Shown: positions 38,960 to 48,152 of the stretch, piece by piece
Numbering within the stretch: position 1 is the first letter of the stretch
How the letters are laid out: the number at the start of each line of letters is the position of its first letter
Assembly: GCA_044222185.1 (NCBI GenBank)
Contig: JBGANV010000001.1
Location: 2,048,001 to 2,112,000 of the forward strand
Length of the DNA: 64,000 nt
DNA from: Planctomycetota bacterium
GTDB lineage: Bacteria; Planctomycetota; GCA-002687715; CAIWVZ01
Direction: 5' to 3'
Notes under the pieces: model-generated
What the model was told of the DNA's origin: nothing
Database searches by the model: none
The model's input: the letters and a program-made list of their open reading frames with translations, nothing else
Program-made: the position numbers and the translations under genes

Positions 38960-40090
38960 ATGTCGCACCCCCGCCCTTCCGTCGCGTCCCGACTCGGCCC
39001 CGCCGCACTGCTGCTGGGCGTCCTCACCCTCCCGCTCGCAGGACTCCTCGCCCAGGAGACCGCGTCGAAGCCCGCGAAGCGGATCCACTGGAGCATCCAG
39101 GCGCCGATCGCCGGGGTGCCGTGTCCGTCGCACGTCCAGAAGCTCGATGCGCCCGAATCCTGCGTGTTCGGGACCTTCCCGCTGGCGACGTCGCGCAAGC
39201 CCGTCGTCGACGGCGACACCATCCGCGTGGAGGGCAAACAAGAGTCGCTCCGCCTCATCGGCCTCGATTGCGAGGAGACGTTCAAGGACGAGGGGAAGCG
39301 TCAGCTCGCGCGAGCCGATTGGAACGAGTACGTGAAGACGGAGCTCGCGGGCCACGACCCGGCGCGTCCTCCCAAGTACGCCACGTGGATGGGTGAAGCC
39401 GCCAAGGACTTCGCCGAACAGTTCTTTGCCGGCAAGAAGACCGTGCGGCTGGAGTGGGACGAACCGTCGCGCAAGATCGACACCTACGGCCGCCACCTCG
39501 TGCTGATTCTCGTCGAGGACGCGGGCCACTGGGTCAACTTCAACGTCGAAGTCGTCCGGCAGGGACTCTCGCCGTACTTCGTGAAGTACGGTCGCAGCGT
39601 CCGCTACCACGACGCCTTCGTGGCGGCGCAGAAGGAGGCGCAGACGGCGGGACGAGGCATCTGGGCGACCCCGGGACCGTTCCAGCACTACCCCGACTAC
39701 GCCGTGCGCCTCGCGTGGTGGAACGAGCGTGATGCCGCCATCGCCGAGGCGGAGGCCTTCCGCAAGACCCACGAGGATCTGTTCATCCTCGGCGTCGACG
39801 CGGAATGGCAACGGCTGCTGAAGGCCGAGGGGAAGCCCGTCACGGTGTTCGGATCGACCGGCGACGTGAAGACGGCGGGCGAGCACGTGATCCAGCACTT
39901 CAACCACGCGAAGGGCGTGGACTTCGCCGTGGTCGGGTCCAGGGCCGAGATCGACGCGCTCGCGTTCACGGCCCAGGAGGGCAACCTCCTCTACCTCCAC
40001 GGGACCCTCGAGCTGTACCAGGGCAAGCCGCAGTTCCGCGCCGCCACGGTCAAGGTGACGCGAAAGCCCCCGGAGGCCGCAGCGAAGTAG
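38960..40090 (+). CDS. Secreted thermonuclease (SNase-like) with extra C-terminal beta domain
   Basis: VVDGDTI, LRLIGLD..E, DTYGRHL, NVEVVRQGL, AQ.AGRGIW; signal peptide. Confidence 0.87.
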   Translation: MSHPRPSVASRLGPAALLLGVLTLPLAGLLAQETASKPAKRIHWSIQAPIAGVPCPSHVQKLDAPESCVFGTFPLATSRKPVVDGDTIRVEGKQESLRLIGLDCEETFKDEGKRQLARADWNEYVKTELAGHDPARPPKYATWMGEAAKDFAEQFFAGKKTVRLEWDEPSRKIDTYGRHLVLILVEDAGHWVNFNVEVVRQGLSPYFVKYGRSVRYHDAFVAAQKEAQTAGRGIWATPGPFQHYPDYAVRLAWWNERDAAIAEAEAFRKTHEDLFILGVDAEWQRLLKAEGKPVTVFGSTGDVKTAGEHVIQHFNHAKGVDFAVVGSRAEIDALAFTAQEGNLLYLHGTLELYQGKPQFRAATVKVTRKPPEAAAK

Positions 40091-40184
40091 CCGCCCCTCA
40101 TGGCGCGCGGCGCGCCGTCTTTCCCCGATGCCCGCCGCTGCTACGGTTCGCCTCGTTTCGCTCGATCCATTCGCGATCCGCAGC

Positions 40185-42242
40185 ATGGGCCTCACGCAGC
40201 CGATCCGTCGCCGCGCGGCGAAGTTCTTCCGTGAACGTGAAGACGAGATCTTCTTCGCGTTCTGTGGATTCATCGGCGTTCTCGCGAGTCTCGTCGCCGC
40301 TGGCTTCCGAATCGGTACGGATTGGCTGCGAAGCCACCTCGTCGGGCCGCAAACGAACGTGCTCGACGCCATGGCGGCGCTCGATCCGCTGCAACGCGTG
40401 TTGATCCCCGCGGCGGGCGGCCTGGTCGTCGGGTTGATCCTTCTCGTCCTGCGACAGGATGACGGCTCGGGCCACGGCGTCCCCGAGGTCATGGAGATCT
40501 TCGTCCTCGGCAAGCGGTCGCTGCGACTGCTGTCGGTCCTGAAGAAGTCGTTCGCGTCGATGGTCGGCATCGTCACGGGGAGCTCGGTCGGACGCGAGGG
40601 TCCGATCATCCAACTCGCAAGCGCGATTGCAGCGCGGGCGGGAATCCGCGCGCGCCTCAGCGACGAGAGTTACCGGATCCTCACGGCAGCGGGCGTCGCC
40701 GCCGGCGTGGCGGCCGCCTATCACACGCCACTGGCTGGGACGCTGTTCGTCGCGGAGATCATCGTCGGGACGTTGAACGTGCGCGTCCTCGGTGCGGCCG
40801 TGGTCGCCGCCGTCTCCGCGTCGGTCACGTCGGACGCGATCCTCGGAATGGAACCGCCCCTCTACGCGCTGCCGCCCTTCCACGTGGCGTCCGTCGCGGA
40901 GTACGGCGCGTACGTCGTCCTCGGTGGGCTCGCCGGAGTCGTCGGGGTGGCGTTTCTCGCGACGATCCGCGGCGGGTCGTGGGTCTTCGCCCGCGTCCGC
41001 CTTCCCATTCCCGTCCGCACGGCCCTCGGCGGTGCCATCGTCGGTGCGATCGGCCTGAGGTTTCCCGAGGTCTATGGAAACGGTTACGAAGCCACGCGCG
41101 CCATGCTTCAGGACGCGTTTCCGCTTGGCGTCCTCGTGGCCCTCGGCGTGCTGAAGATGATCGCCACGGGGACGAGCGTCTCGAGCGGCGTGCCCGGCGG
41201 GATCTTCACGCCGACCCTCTTCGGCGGAGCGGCACTCGGCGCCGCATTCGGCCACGTGGTCGCCAAGTACGTTCCGATCGCATCGACCCAGGTGCCGTCG
41301 TACGCGCTGCTGGGAATGGCCGGAGCCCTCGCCGCGACCATGCACGCTCCGCTGCTCTCGACCGTGATGATCATCGAGCTCACGAACAACTACAGCATGG
41401 CGCTCCCTCTCCTCGTCGTCAGTTTCGTCGGACGCACGGTGGCGAAGGGGCTCCACAAATCCTCCGTCTACACGGAAGTCCTCGAGAAGAAGGGGCTCCC
41501 GACGGAAGGGTCCATGGAATCCCGGATGATGGGCTCGCTGAAGGTGAAGGACCTGGTCCGCACGGACGTGGAGCTCCTGCCGCAAGCGACGCCGCTCACG
41601 GAGATCGTGCGGCGGTTCTCCGAGTCCAGGGCCCTGTACCTCTACGTGGGTGACGACGACCGCAGGCTCGTCGGCGCGATCGACCTGCACGACCTGAAGG
41701 GCGCGCTGGGCGAACACGACATCAGCGCGGTGATCATCGCCCGCGATCTCGCCAAGCCCGTGCCCGTGGGATATCCGCACGAGTCCATCACGGAGGTGAA
41801 TCACCGCCTGTGGCTCCAGGACGTGGGCCATCTCCCCATCGTCAAATCCGAGGAGGATCACACGTGGCTCGGCGTTCTGACGCGTCGCGACGTGCTCGGC
41901 GCCGTGGACCGCGAGATCCTCAAGCGCAACCTCATGATGGCGCCGATCCGAGCAGCCGGTGCCGAAGAGACCGACTGGTTCGAGTTGCCGCCCGGCGGGC
42001 GGCTGGAGGCGATCCGCGTTCCCGCCGACCTGATCGGGAAGACCATTGCCGAGGCGGGCCTGGGCCAGCGGCTCGGGGTCACGATCCTGGCGATCCGGCG
42101 GCGCGGCAAGAACGGCGAGGAGTCGAGGTACCTCCCGCGACCGGACATCCGCCTCGAGGGGGCGGACCTCATCGTCGTCCTGGGTCCGAACGACGTCGTC
42201 GGGGCCCTCCTCGAGGGAAAGACGCCCGACGGCCTGGGCTGA
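40185..42242 (+). CDS. ClC-family chloride channel/antiporter with CBS pair and TrkA_C domain
   Basis: GHGVPE, GREGP, GGIFTP, APL; CBS pair; LIGKTIAE...VTILAIRR (TrkA_C); start 40128 or 40185. Confidence 0.93.
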   Translation: MGLTQPIRRRAAKFFREREDEIFFAFCGFIGVLASLVAAGFRIGTDWLRSHLVGPQTNVLDAMAALDPLQRVLIPAAGGLVVGLILLVLRQDDGSGHGVPEVMEIFVLGKRSLRLLSVLKKSFASMVGIVTGSSVGREGPIIQLASAIAARAGIRARLSDESYRILTAAGVAAGVAAAYHTPLAGTLFVAEIIVGTLNVRVLGAAVVAAVSASVTSDAILGMEPPLYALPPFHVASVAEYGAYVVLGGLAGVVGVAFLATIRGGSWVFARVRLPIPVRTALGGAIVGAIGLRFPEVYGNGYEATRAMLQDAFPLGVLVALGVLKMIATGTSVSSGVPGGIFTPTLFGGAALGAAFGHVVAKYVPIASTQVPSYALLGMAGALAATMHAPLLSTVMIIELTNNYSMALPLLVVSFVGRTVAKGLHKSSVYTEVLEKKGLPTEGSMESRMMGSLKVKDLVRTDVELLPQATPLTEIVRRFSESRALYLYVGDDDRRLVGAIDLHDLKGALGEHDISAVIIARDLAKPVPVGYPHESITEVNHRLWLQDVGHLPIVKSEEDHTWLGVLTRRDVLGAVDREILKRNLMMAPIRAAGAEETDWFELPPGGRLEAIRVPADLIGKTIAEAGLGQRLGVTILAIRRRGKNGEESRYLPRPDIRLEGADLIVVLGPNDVVGALLEGKTPDGLG

Positions 42243-42253
42243 AACGACTCGAG

Positions 42254-42327
42254 TGGGCGCTACTGGGGTCGAACCAGTGACCTCTGCGGTGTGAACACAG
42301 CGCTCTAACCAACTGAGCTAAGCGCCC
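42254..42327 (-). tRNA. tRNA-Val (anticodon CAC); CCA not encoded
   Basis: GGGCGCT/AGCGCCC acceptor stem, D arm AGCTCAGTTGGTTAGAGC, anticodon arm CTGTG-TTCACAC-CGCAG, T arm GGTTCGACCCC. Confidence 0.95.
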
Positions 42328-42384
42328 CGAGAAGGCCCCGGTTCTACTGACGCCGGGAGCCTCGTTCAACCGCCGAGGTTCACG

Positions 42385-44931
42385 TCACCAGCCGCCCTCG
42401 TATGCGACGCGGGCTGCCTGGTAGGCGTTTCCCCACCGGAGCGCGTTGCCGATCACCTTCGACTCGGACGATGGGTACTGGTACGGCCGGCACGTGATCG
42501 ACGACCAGGTGCCCGGGTTCAGGACGTTCTGCGGCCCCATGGTCGGGTATCCCTGCGGGTACCGGGTGAGCGTGTCGAAGAACATCTGCCCCCACAGCAG
42601 GTCGATGGGATCCTGCGAGATCACGTAGGTGTACGCGAACGACTCGACGAACGGCCACGCGAGGTGGATCGACGTTCCGCCCGGGTTCGTCGGCGACCAC
42701 TGGTCGTGGACGGAGGGAAGCGTCATCGCGGTCAGCGGGCCGGACGGGAGCGACGTCACCGCCGTCTTGAACCAGTTGCGCATGCGCCCGAGGAGCGGCA
42801 GGTACGTGGGATCGCCGCTGTTCAGGTAGTACTTGCACGCGGCGATGTAGAAGATCGCCTCGCCCCACGATGCCGTGAGCCCGTTCGCCGGATTGATGAC
42901 GTACCCGTTGGCGCCGCCACCCACCTCGATCTGCTCGTAGCGTTGGATGCCGAGCCGCGCTTCGTTCAGGTAGACCGGGTCGCCGAGGTAGTTCGACGCC
43001 GACACGAGCGAGTCGATGGACCAGCCCGGACCGCGCGAACCCCAGTGCCCCGACCAGTTCTTCGGTGCTGCGGCGCGGATGATGTACCCCAGGTTCTCGA
43101 CGGCCGCCTCGCGAGTGCCCTCGTCGCCGGTCATCGCGTAATGGACGAGGAGCCCCTCGACCCAGTTATGCGTGTCTCGGCCCGTGGTCGCGTTCCCGTG
43201 CCACCAGCCCTTCTCGTAGAACTGCGCCCCTCGCCACGTCTCCGCCGGGTTCGTCGAGTGGTTCTGGTTGTAGTCGCGCCGCGACGCCGCCATGTCGCGA
43301 CCGAAGTCGTAGAAGCGATAGTCGCCCGTCCGCCAGAACGCATAGAGGATCGACGCGGTCCAGTCGTAATGCTGGGAGCAGAAACCGTCGGCCCACCAGA
43401 TGTCGCCGTAGTGATCCCACCCGAACGTCTGGTTGCCTCCGTAGGTGCCCCCGCGACGGAGGAATTTCTTCAGTCCGATGCGCTCCTGCCCCGTGAGGTC
43501 CGCCTGATTGTCGTCGACGAGCATCATCGACATGCGGTCGAAGCGCTGGAAGCCCGGATCGGTCCAATTGCGGTGCTCCATGAACAGGGTGCCCGTGGCG
43601 CCGGAGCGACGAACCCACGAACCGTTGGGCATTCCGAAGAGCGGTGCGTTGGCGCGCGCCGACGCGGCCGCGACGTTCGCCTGGCTTCGGGGCCCGCCGC
43701 CGTGGAAATCGAACACGACGCGGTGAGTCTTCCAGCGGCCGCCCTCGAAGCGGTAGTTCGTGAGCGACATCGGATCCGGAAGCGTCGGCGAGCTCGGGTT
43801 CTCGTATGGGCCTTTGTACTCGGGCCCGTTCCCCCACTCGGGGAAGATCCCGACCTCGACGGCACCGTCCCGCGCCCGGATCGCCTTGGGGAACTGTTGC
43901 CAGAAACGATCGATCGTCACGGTCGCACCTGCGCTCGAGTTGGCGAGGTCGACGGCCCCGCAGGATCGCGACCCTGACGCCATCTGGACGCCGTCGATGC
44001 CCTCCGTGAATTGGAATCCCGTGTACAGGTCCAGGTTGTTCGTCGGGGTGACGAAGCGCTGGCGAAGGTCGTAGAGCTGCCCGACGGCGAGCGGCTGCAC
44101 GAGACTCTCGCTCGCGACCGTCATGCCGGCTGCCGGGCCGATGGGCTGCACGAGGTAGATGCGATCGAAGTACTGCTGGCCGTCAGCGACGTTCTGGTCG
44201 AACAGGCCGTACGCCGCGCGATTCTCCAGGCGAAACTCGAACGCCACGTCGGATCGGCCCCAGTAGAAGAACCACCGGCACGTGAAGCGAAGCTGCGCGA
44301 CGATTCCCGTTTGCTTGACGACGGCGCGCACCGACGGCCAACCGGCGTACTCCTCGAGCTCCGTCGACGTCACTTGCACCTGGGGGAAATCCCCCGCACC
44401 GCCCACGAAGTCCATGTGGCCGGGCGACGCCATGGTGACGCCGTCGACGATGGCCGAATCGAACAGAGTGAATGCATTACGGCGGATCGTGAACCAGGTG
44501 CTCGGGCCCGTGTGGACCTGGATCGTCTGCGCGTCTTGTTGCGCCCAGAGGCCGGATGTCGGCTGCGGCGTCCCGATTGCGAGGTGGTACGTCGCGTTCC
44601 CATTGGCGGGCGCGTCGGCGAGGAACGAGACGAGCACCCACCGGATCGGCTTCGTCGCATCCGTTCGGGTGCCGCCCCAGCGCGTGAGCACCTTGAACTG
44701 ACAGGGCACGGAGTGAAGCGATGGGTCGAGCACGCCGATGCCCGCCATCGAGAACGTCGCCGGCTGTGCCGGGAGCGGGATGCCGAAACTCGTCGGCTCC
44801 TGCACGCGAGGCTGGCTCGTGCCGTTCATGACGGTGAGATCGAGAACCGGAGTCCCCTGGCCCAGGGCGCTCAACGCACAGGAAACGACGGCGGCGAGAC
44901 ACACGACGGCACGGCGAGTTCGTGACCACAT
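42385..44931 (-). CDS. Secreted protein resembling exo-rhamnogalacturonan lyase (PcRGLX/YetA-like)
   Basis: N-term EPTSFGIPLP..VPCQFKVLTRW..IRWVLVSFLA; FWQQFPKAI; GWDHYGD; HNWVEGLLVHYAMTGD helical toroid; GGAG RBS. Confidence 0.7.
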   Translation of the reverse strand: MWSRTRRAVVCLAAVVSCALSALGQGTPVLDLTVMNGTSQPRVQEPTSFGIPLPAQPATFSMAGIGVLDPSLHSVPCQFKVLTRWGGTRTDATKPIRWVLVSFLADAPANGNATYHLAIGTPQPTSGLWAQQDAQTIQVHTGPSTWFTIRRNAFTLFDSAIVDGVTMASPGHMDFVGGAGDFPQVQVTSTELEEYAGWPSVRAVVKQTGIVAQLRFTCRWFFYWGRSDVAFEFRLENRAAYGLFDQNVADGQQYFDRIYLVQPIGPAAGMTVASESLVQPLAVGQLYDLRQRFVTPTNNLDLYTGFQFTEGIDGVQMASGSRSCGAVDLANSSAGATVTIDRFWQQFPKAIRARDGAVEVGIFPEWGNGPEYKGPYENPSSPTLPDPMSLTNYRFEGGRWKTHRVVFDFHGGGPRSQANVAAASARANAPLFGMPNGSWVRRSGATGTLFMEHRNWTDPGFQRFDRMSMMLVDDNQADLTGQERIGLKKFLRRGGTYGGNQTFGWDHYGDIWWADGFCSQHYDWTASILYAFWRTGDYRFYDFGRDMAASRRDYNQNHSTNPAETWRGAQFYEKGWWHGNATTGRDTHNWVEGLLVHYAMTGDEGTREAAVENLGYIIRAAAPKNWSGHWGSRGPGWSIDSLVSASNYLGDPVYLNEARLGIQRYEQIEVGGGANGYVINPANGLTASWGEAIFYIAACKYYLNSGDPTYLPLLGRMRNWFKTAVTSLPSGPLTAMTLPSVHDQWSPTNPGGTSIHLAWPFVESFAYTYVISQDPIDLLWGQMFFDTLTRYPQGYPTMGPQNVLNPGTWSSITCRPYQYPSSESKVIGNALRWGNAYQAARVAYEGGW

Positions 44932-45012
44932 GACGGCTCCAGTCACCCGGCATGTTTGCCGGAGATCTACCGTCCGTATCGTCGTGTGCATGCGCCCGGC
45001 TTGGGCGCGAGA

Positions 45013-46791
45013 TCACGTGCCCTGGTAACGAGTCCCGGTATCGAGCTGGCGCACCGACAGAGCCCCTGCGACGACGGCGAGAGCGATCAGACCCGCGGCC
45101 TTGAGCGGCGCGCCGAAGATGATTTCGCCAGTCGCTCCAAGTACGGAATAGACAGCGACCACCGAAAGGAGCGTTCGCGCGAAGCTCACGAAGACGAAGC
45201 GGAACTGTCCCGCGTGCGCACCGGAGAAGGGACGCCAGCCCGGACCTTCGGGCCGTATTTTTGCGTAGAAGCGATCGAGCACGCCGCGGTCGGTCGCAGG
45301 CATGATGAACGTCAACCCGACCCACGCGATCGTCGTCACGCCCGCGATCACGAGGAACCGCACGCTCACGTCGTCGAGTCTGTCGCCCGCGAGACCGGGA
45401 ATGCGATTCACGACGATGGCCATGATCAACGCGACGACCATCGCCGAGATCTCCGACCACGCGCTCACCCGCCACCAGTACCACCGCAACGCATACACGG
45501 CGCCCGTGCCGGCGCCCACGGCGAGGAGCCACTCCCACGCCGTCTTGATGGACTCCATCTGCGGCGTGACGAGGCACGATGCCAGCAACACGATCGCGGT
45601 CGCGATGCGTCCGGCATTCGCCTGTTGCCGCGGCGTGGCGTCGCGCTTCATGAACCGCAGGTAGACGTCACCGACGAGGTACGACGCGCCCCAGTTCAAC
45701 TGAGTCGACAGCGTCGACATGTACGCCGCAGCGAAGCTCGCGAGCATCACGCCACGCCACGCCGGCGGAAGGTGGTCGATGAGCACTTGCACGTAGAGCT
45801 TGCCCGGGTCCTTCGCATAGACCCCGCCGCCCGGATAGAGGACGAGGGCGCACAGCCCCACGATGATCCAGGGCCACGGCCGTAGCGCGTAGTGCGCGAT
45901 GTTGAACCACAGCGTCGCGAGTACGGAGTCACGCTCGCTGCGCGTGGCGAGGAGTCGCTGCACGATGTAACCGCCGCCGCCGGGTTCCGCGCCCGGGTAC
46001 CAGCTCGCCCACCACTGCGCGCCGAGGTAGACGAGGAACGTCATCAGGGGAACGGCCCACGGCTGTCCGTGCGGCAGGAGCGAAAGTACGGCATCGGCAC
46101 TCCCGAACGGCACCAGGCTGCCGGCGGGCGTGGCCTGACCGAGCTTCTGTACGAGCGCGTCCACACCGCCTACGGCGGAGAGCGAGTACAGCGCCAGAAC
46201 GACGGCACCGACCATGGCGATCACGAACTGGATCGCATCCGTGAGCACCACGCCCCACAGCCCCGACAACAGGGAGTACGCCCCGGTGACCACGACACAC
46301 GCAGCCAGCGACTGGAACATGTTCCAGCCGAGCGTGAGTTCGAGGATCTTCGCCATGGCGAGGTTGACCCATCCGATGATGAGGCAGTTGGCGAAGAGCC
46401 CGAGGTAGACGGCGCGGAACCCGCGCAGGAAGGCCGCAGGCCTTCCCGAGTACCGCAGCTCCGCGAACTCCTGATCCGTCATCACCTCCGACCGTCGCCA
46501 CAACTTCGCGAACGCGAAGACCGTCAACATCCCCGAGAGCGCGAACGACCACCAGAACCAGTTGCCCGCGACACCGTACTTCGTCACGAGTTCGGTCACG
46601 GCGAGGGGCGTGTCGGCGGCGAACGTCGTCGCCACCATGCTCGTCCCCGCCAACCACCACGGAAGCGTGCGCCCCGAGAGGAAGAACTCGCTGCTGCTCG
46701 TCCCGGCGCGTTTGGAGTATCGAAGGCCGATCCAGAGCGAGAGCGCGAAGTAGGCCGCGATGACGACGCCGTCCAGGATCCCGAGTTGCAT
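45013..46791 (-). CDS. Sodium:solute symporter (SSS) family transporter
   Basis: EFFLSGRTLPWWLAGTSMVATTFAADTP, WGVVLTDAIQ, YIVQRLLA, AAYMSTLST. Confidence 0.93.
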   Translation of the reverse strand: MQLGILDGVVIAAYFALSLWIGLRYSKRAGTSSSEFFLSGRTLPWWLAGTSMVATTFAADTPLAVTELVTKYGVAGNWFWWSFALSGMLTVFAFAKLWRRSEVMTDQEFAELRYSGRPAAFLRGFRAVYLGLFANCLIIGWVNLAMAKILELTLGWNMFQSLAACVVVTGAYSLLSGLWGVVLTDAIQFVIAMVGAVVLALYSLSAVGGVDALVQKLGQATPAGSLVPFGSADAVLSLLPHGQPWAVPLMTFLVYLGAQWWASWYPGAEPGGGGYIVQRLLATRSERDSVLATLWFNIAHYALRPWPWIIVGLCALVLYPGGGVYAKDPGKLYVQVLIDHLPPAWRGVMLASFAAAYMSTLSTQLNWGASYLVGDVYLRFMKRDATPRQQANAGRIATAIVLLASCLVTPQMESIKTAWEWLLAVGAGTGAVYALRWYWWRVSAWSEISAMVVALIMAIVVNRIPGLAGDRLDDVSVRFLVIAGVTTIAWVGLTFIMPATDRGVLDRFYAKIRPEGPGWRPFSGAHAGQFRFVFVSFARTLLSVVAVYSVLGATGEIIFGAPLKAAGLIALAVVAGALSVRQLDTGTRYQGT

Positions 46792-46973
46792 GGGGGCAGA
46801 TGACACACGCAGCGGCGCGCGGCGTCAAGCTCGGAAACACGGCGCCTGAAGCGGGGACGGTCCGCGCGAAACCCGATCCGCGCGCGGCGCCGAGGGCGGA
46901 CGGCGACCCGTCCCTGCGCCGGGGCTGCGCGAATCCCGAGGCGTCCTCCTCGGCCGTTAGGATCCCGGCCGAC

Positions 46974-48047
46974 GTGAGCGGCCCCTCAACACCTGGTCGC
47001 GGAGCCGGATTCAACCCCGCCAATCGCTTCGGCGCGAATCACCTCGAGCCGTTCGACGTGGACGTTCCGTGTGAAGACGACGTGCCGCGGACTTTGAAGA
47101 CGACGTTCTTCGCCGACCGTTCGAAGTCGATCCTCACGCGGAACGACAGTCCCGACGTCCCGTTCACGTGGAGCATCAACCCGTACCGCGGCTGCGAGCA
47201 CGGATGCATCTACTGCTACGCGCGGCCGAGTCACGAGTACCTGGGCTTTTCGGCAGGGCTCGACTTCGAATCGAAGATCGTCGTGAAGCCGGACGCACCC
47301 GAGCTCCTGCGGGACGCGCTCCAATCGCGGAAATGGGAGCCTCAGGTCGTTTGCATCTCCGGGAACACCGACGGCTACCAGCCCGTCGAGCGGGCACTGG
47401 GGATCACCCGCAAGTGCCTGGAGGTCTTCCGAGACTTCCGCAACCCCGTCGCCGTCATCACGAAGAACGCGCTCGTCTCCCGCGACACCGACATCCTCGC
47501 GGACCTCGCTCGGTTCGACGCCGTGAACGTGACCTTCAGCGTGACGACGTTGGACACCGACGTCGCGCGGTCGATGGAGCCGCGCGCGTCAGCTCCCATG
47601 CGCCGCCTCGCTGCCATGCGAACGCTCGCGGATGCGGGGGTGCCCGTGGCCGTCAACATCGGCCCGGTCGTGCCCGGGCTGACGGACGACGAGATTCCCG
47701 CGATCCTGGCGGCTGCGAAAGCGCACGGCGCCACGGGCGCGGGCTTCTTGATGATGCGCCTCCCCGGGCTCGTCGAACCGCTGTTCGTCGAGTGGGTGCA
47801 GCGGGTCTTCCCGGCCCGTGCCCAGAGGGTCCTCGCCCGCATCCGCGACGTCCGCCAGGGCGATCTCCACGACACACGCTTCGGCACCCGCATGCGGGGC
47901 GAGGGCGCGATAGCCGACGCCGTCGCGCGCCTCTTCGAGATCCACGCCGCGAGACTCGGTCTTGGAACGCGGCGATTCGACCTCTCGGCCGCACACTTCA
48001 TCCGACCCGGCGGGCGACAGGGGGAGCTCTTCCACGGCGGAGACTGA
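46974..48047 (+). CDS. Radical SAM protein, PA0069/Rv2578c family
   Basis: SINPYRGCEHGCIYCYARPSH, GNTDGYQPVE, EPRA; GTG start inferred. Confidence 0.92.
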   Translation: MSGPSTPGRGAGFNPANRFGANHLEPFDVDVPCEDDVPRTLKTTFFADRSKSILTRNDSPDVPFTWSINPYRGCEHGCIYCYARPSHEYLGFSAGLDFESKIVVKPDAPELLRDALQSRKWEPQVVCISGNTDGYQPVERALGITRKCLEVFRDFRNPVAVITKNALVSRDTDILADLARFDAVNVTFSVTTLDTDVARSMEPRASAPMRRLAAMRTLADAGVPVAVNIGPVVPGLTDDEIPAILAAAKAHGATGAGFLMMRLPGLVEPLFVEWVQRVFPARAQRVLARIRDVRQGDLHDTRFGTRMRGEGAIADAVARLFEIHAARLGLGTRRFDLSAAHFIRPGGRQGELFHGGD

Positions 48048-48152
48048 TGGCACGTCCGGCCCCTCCTCCCGTGACGGATCCCCGTCGTCTTGGACCTTTC
48101 TGGCGGCGACGGTCGCAAGTACGCTCGGGCGCCGCGCGGATCGGCACCGACC

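Noticed and set aside
35504-40090. CHAT, Nudix and nuclease genes as an anti-phage operon
   Set aside because: The CHAT and nuclease have signal peptides, the Nudix is an ordinary CoA-pyrophosphatase type, and the nuclease has its own -10-like box.
42254-42327. tRNA-Val as an integration site or island boundary
   Set aside because: No integrase, no duplicated tRNA 3' end seen, and no obvious composition shift.
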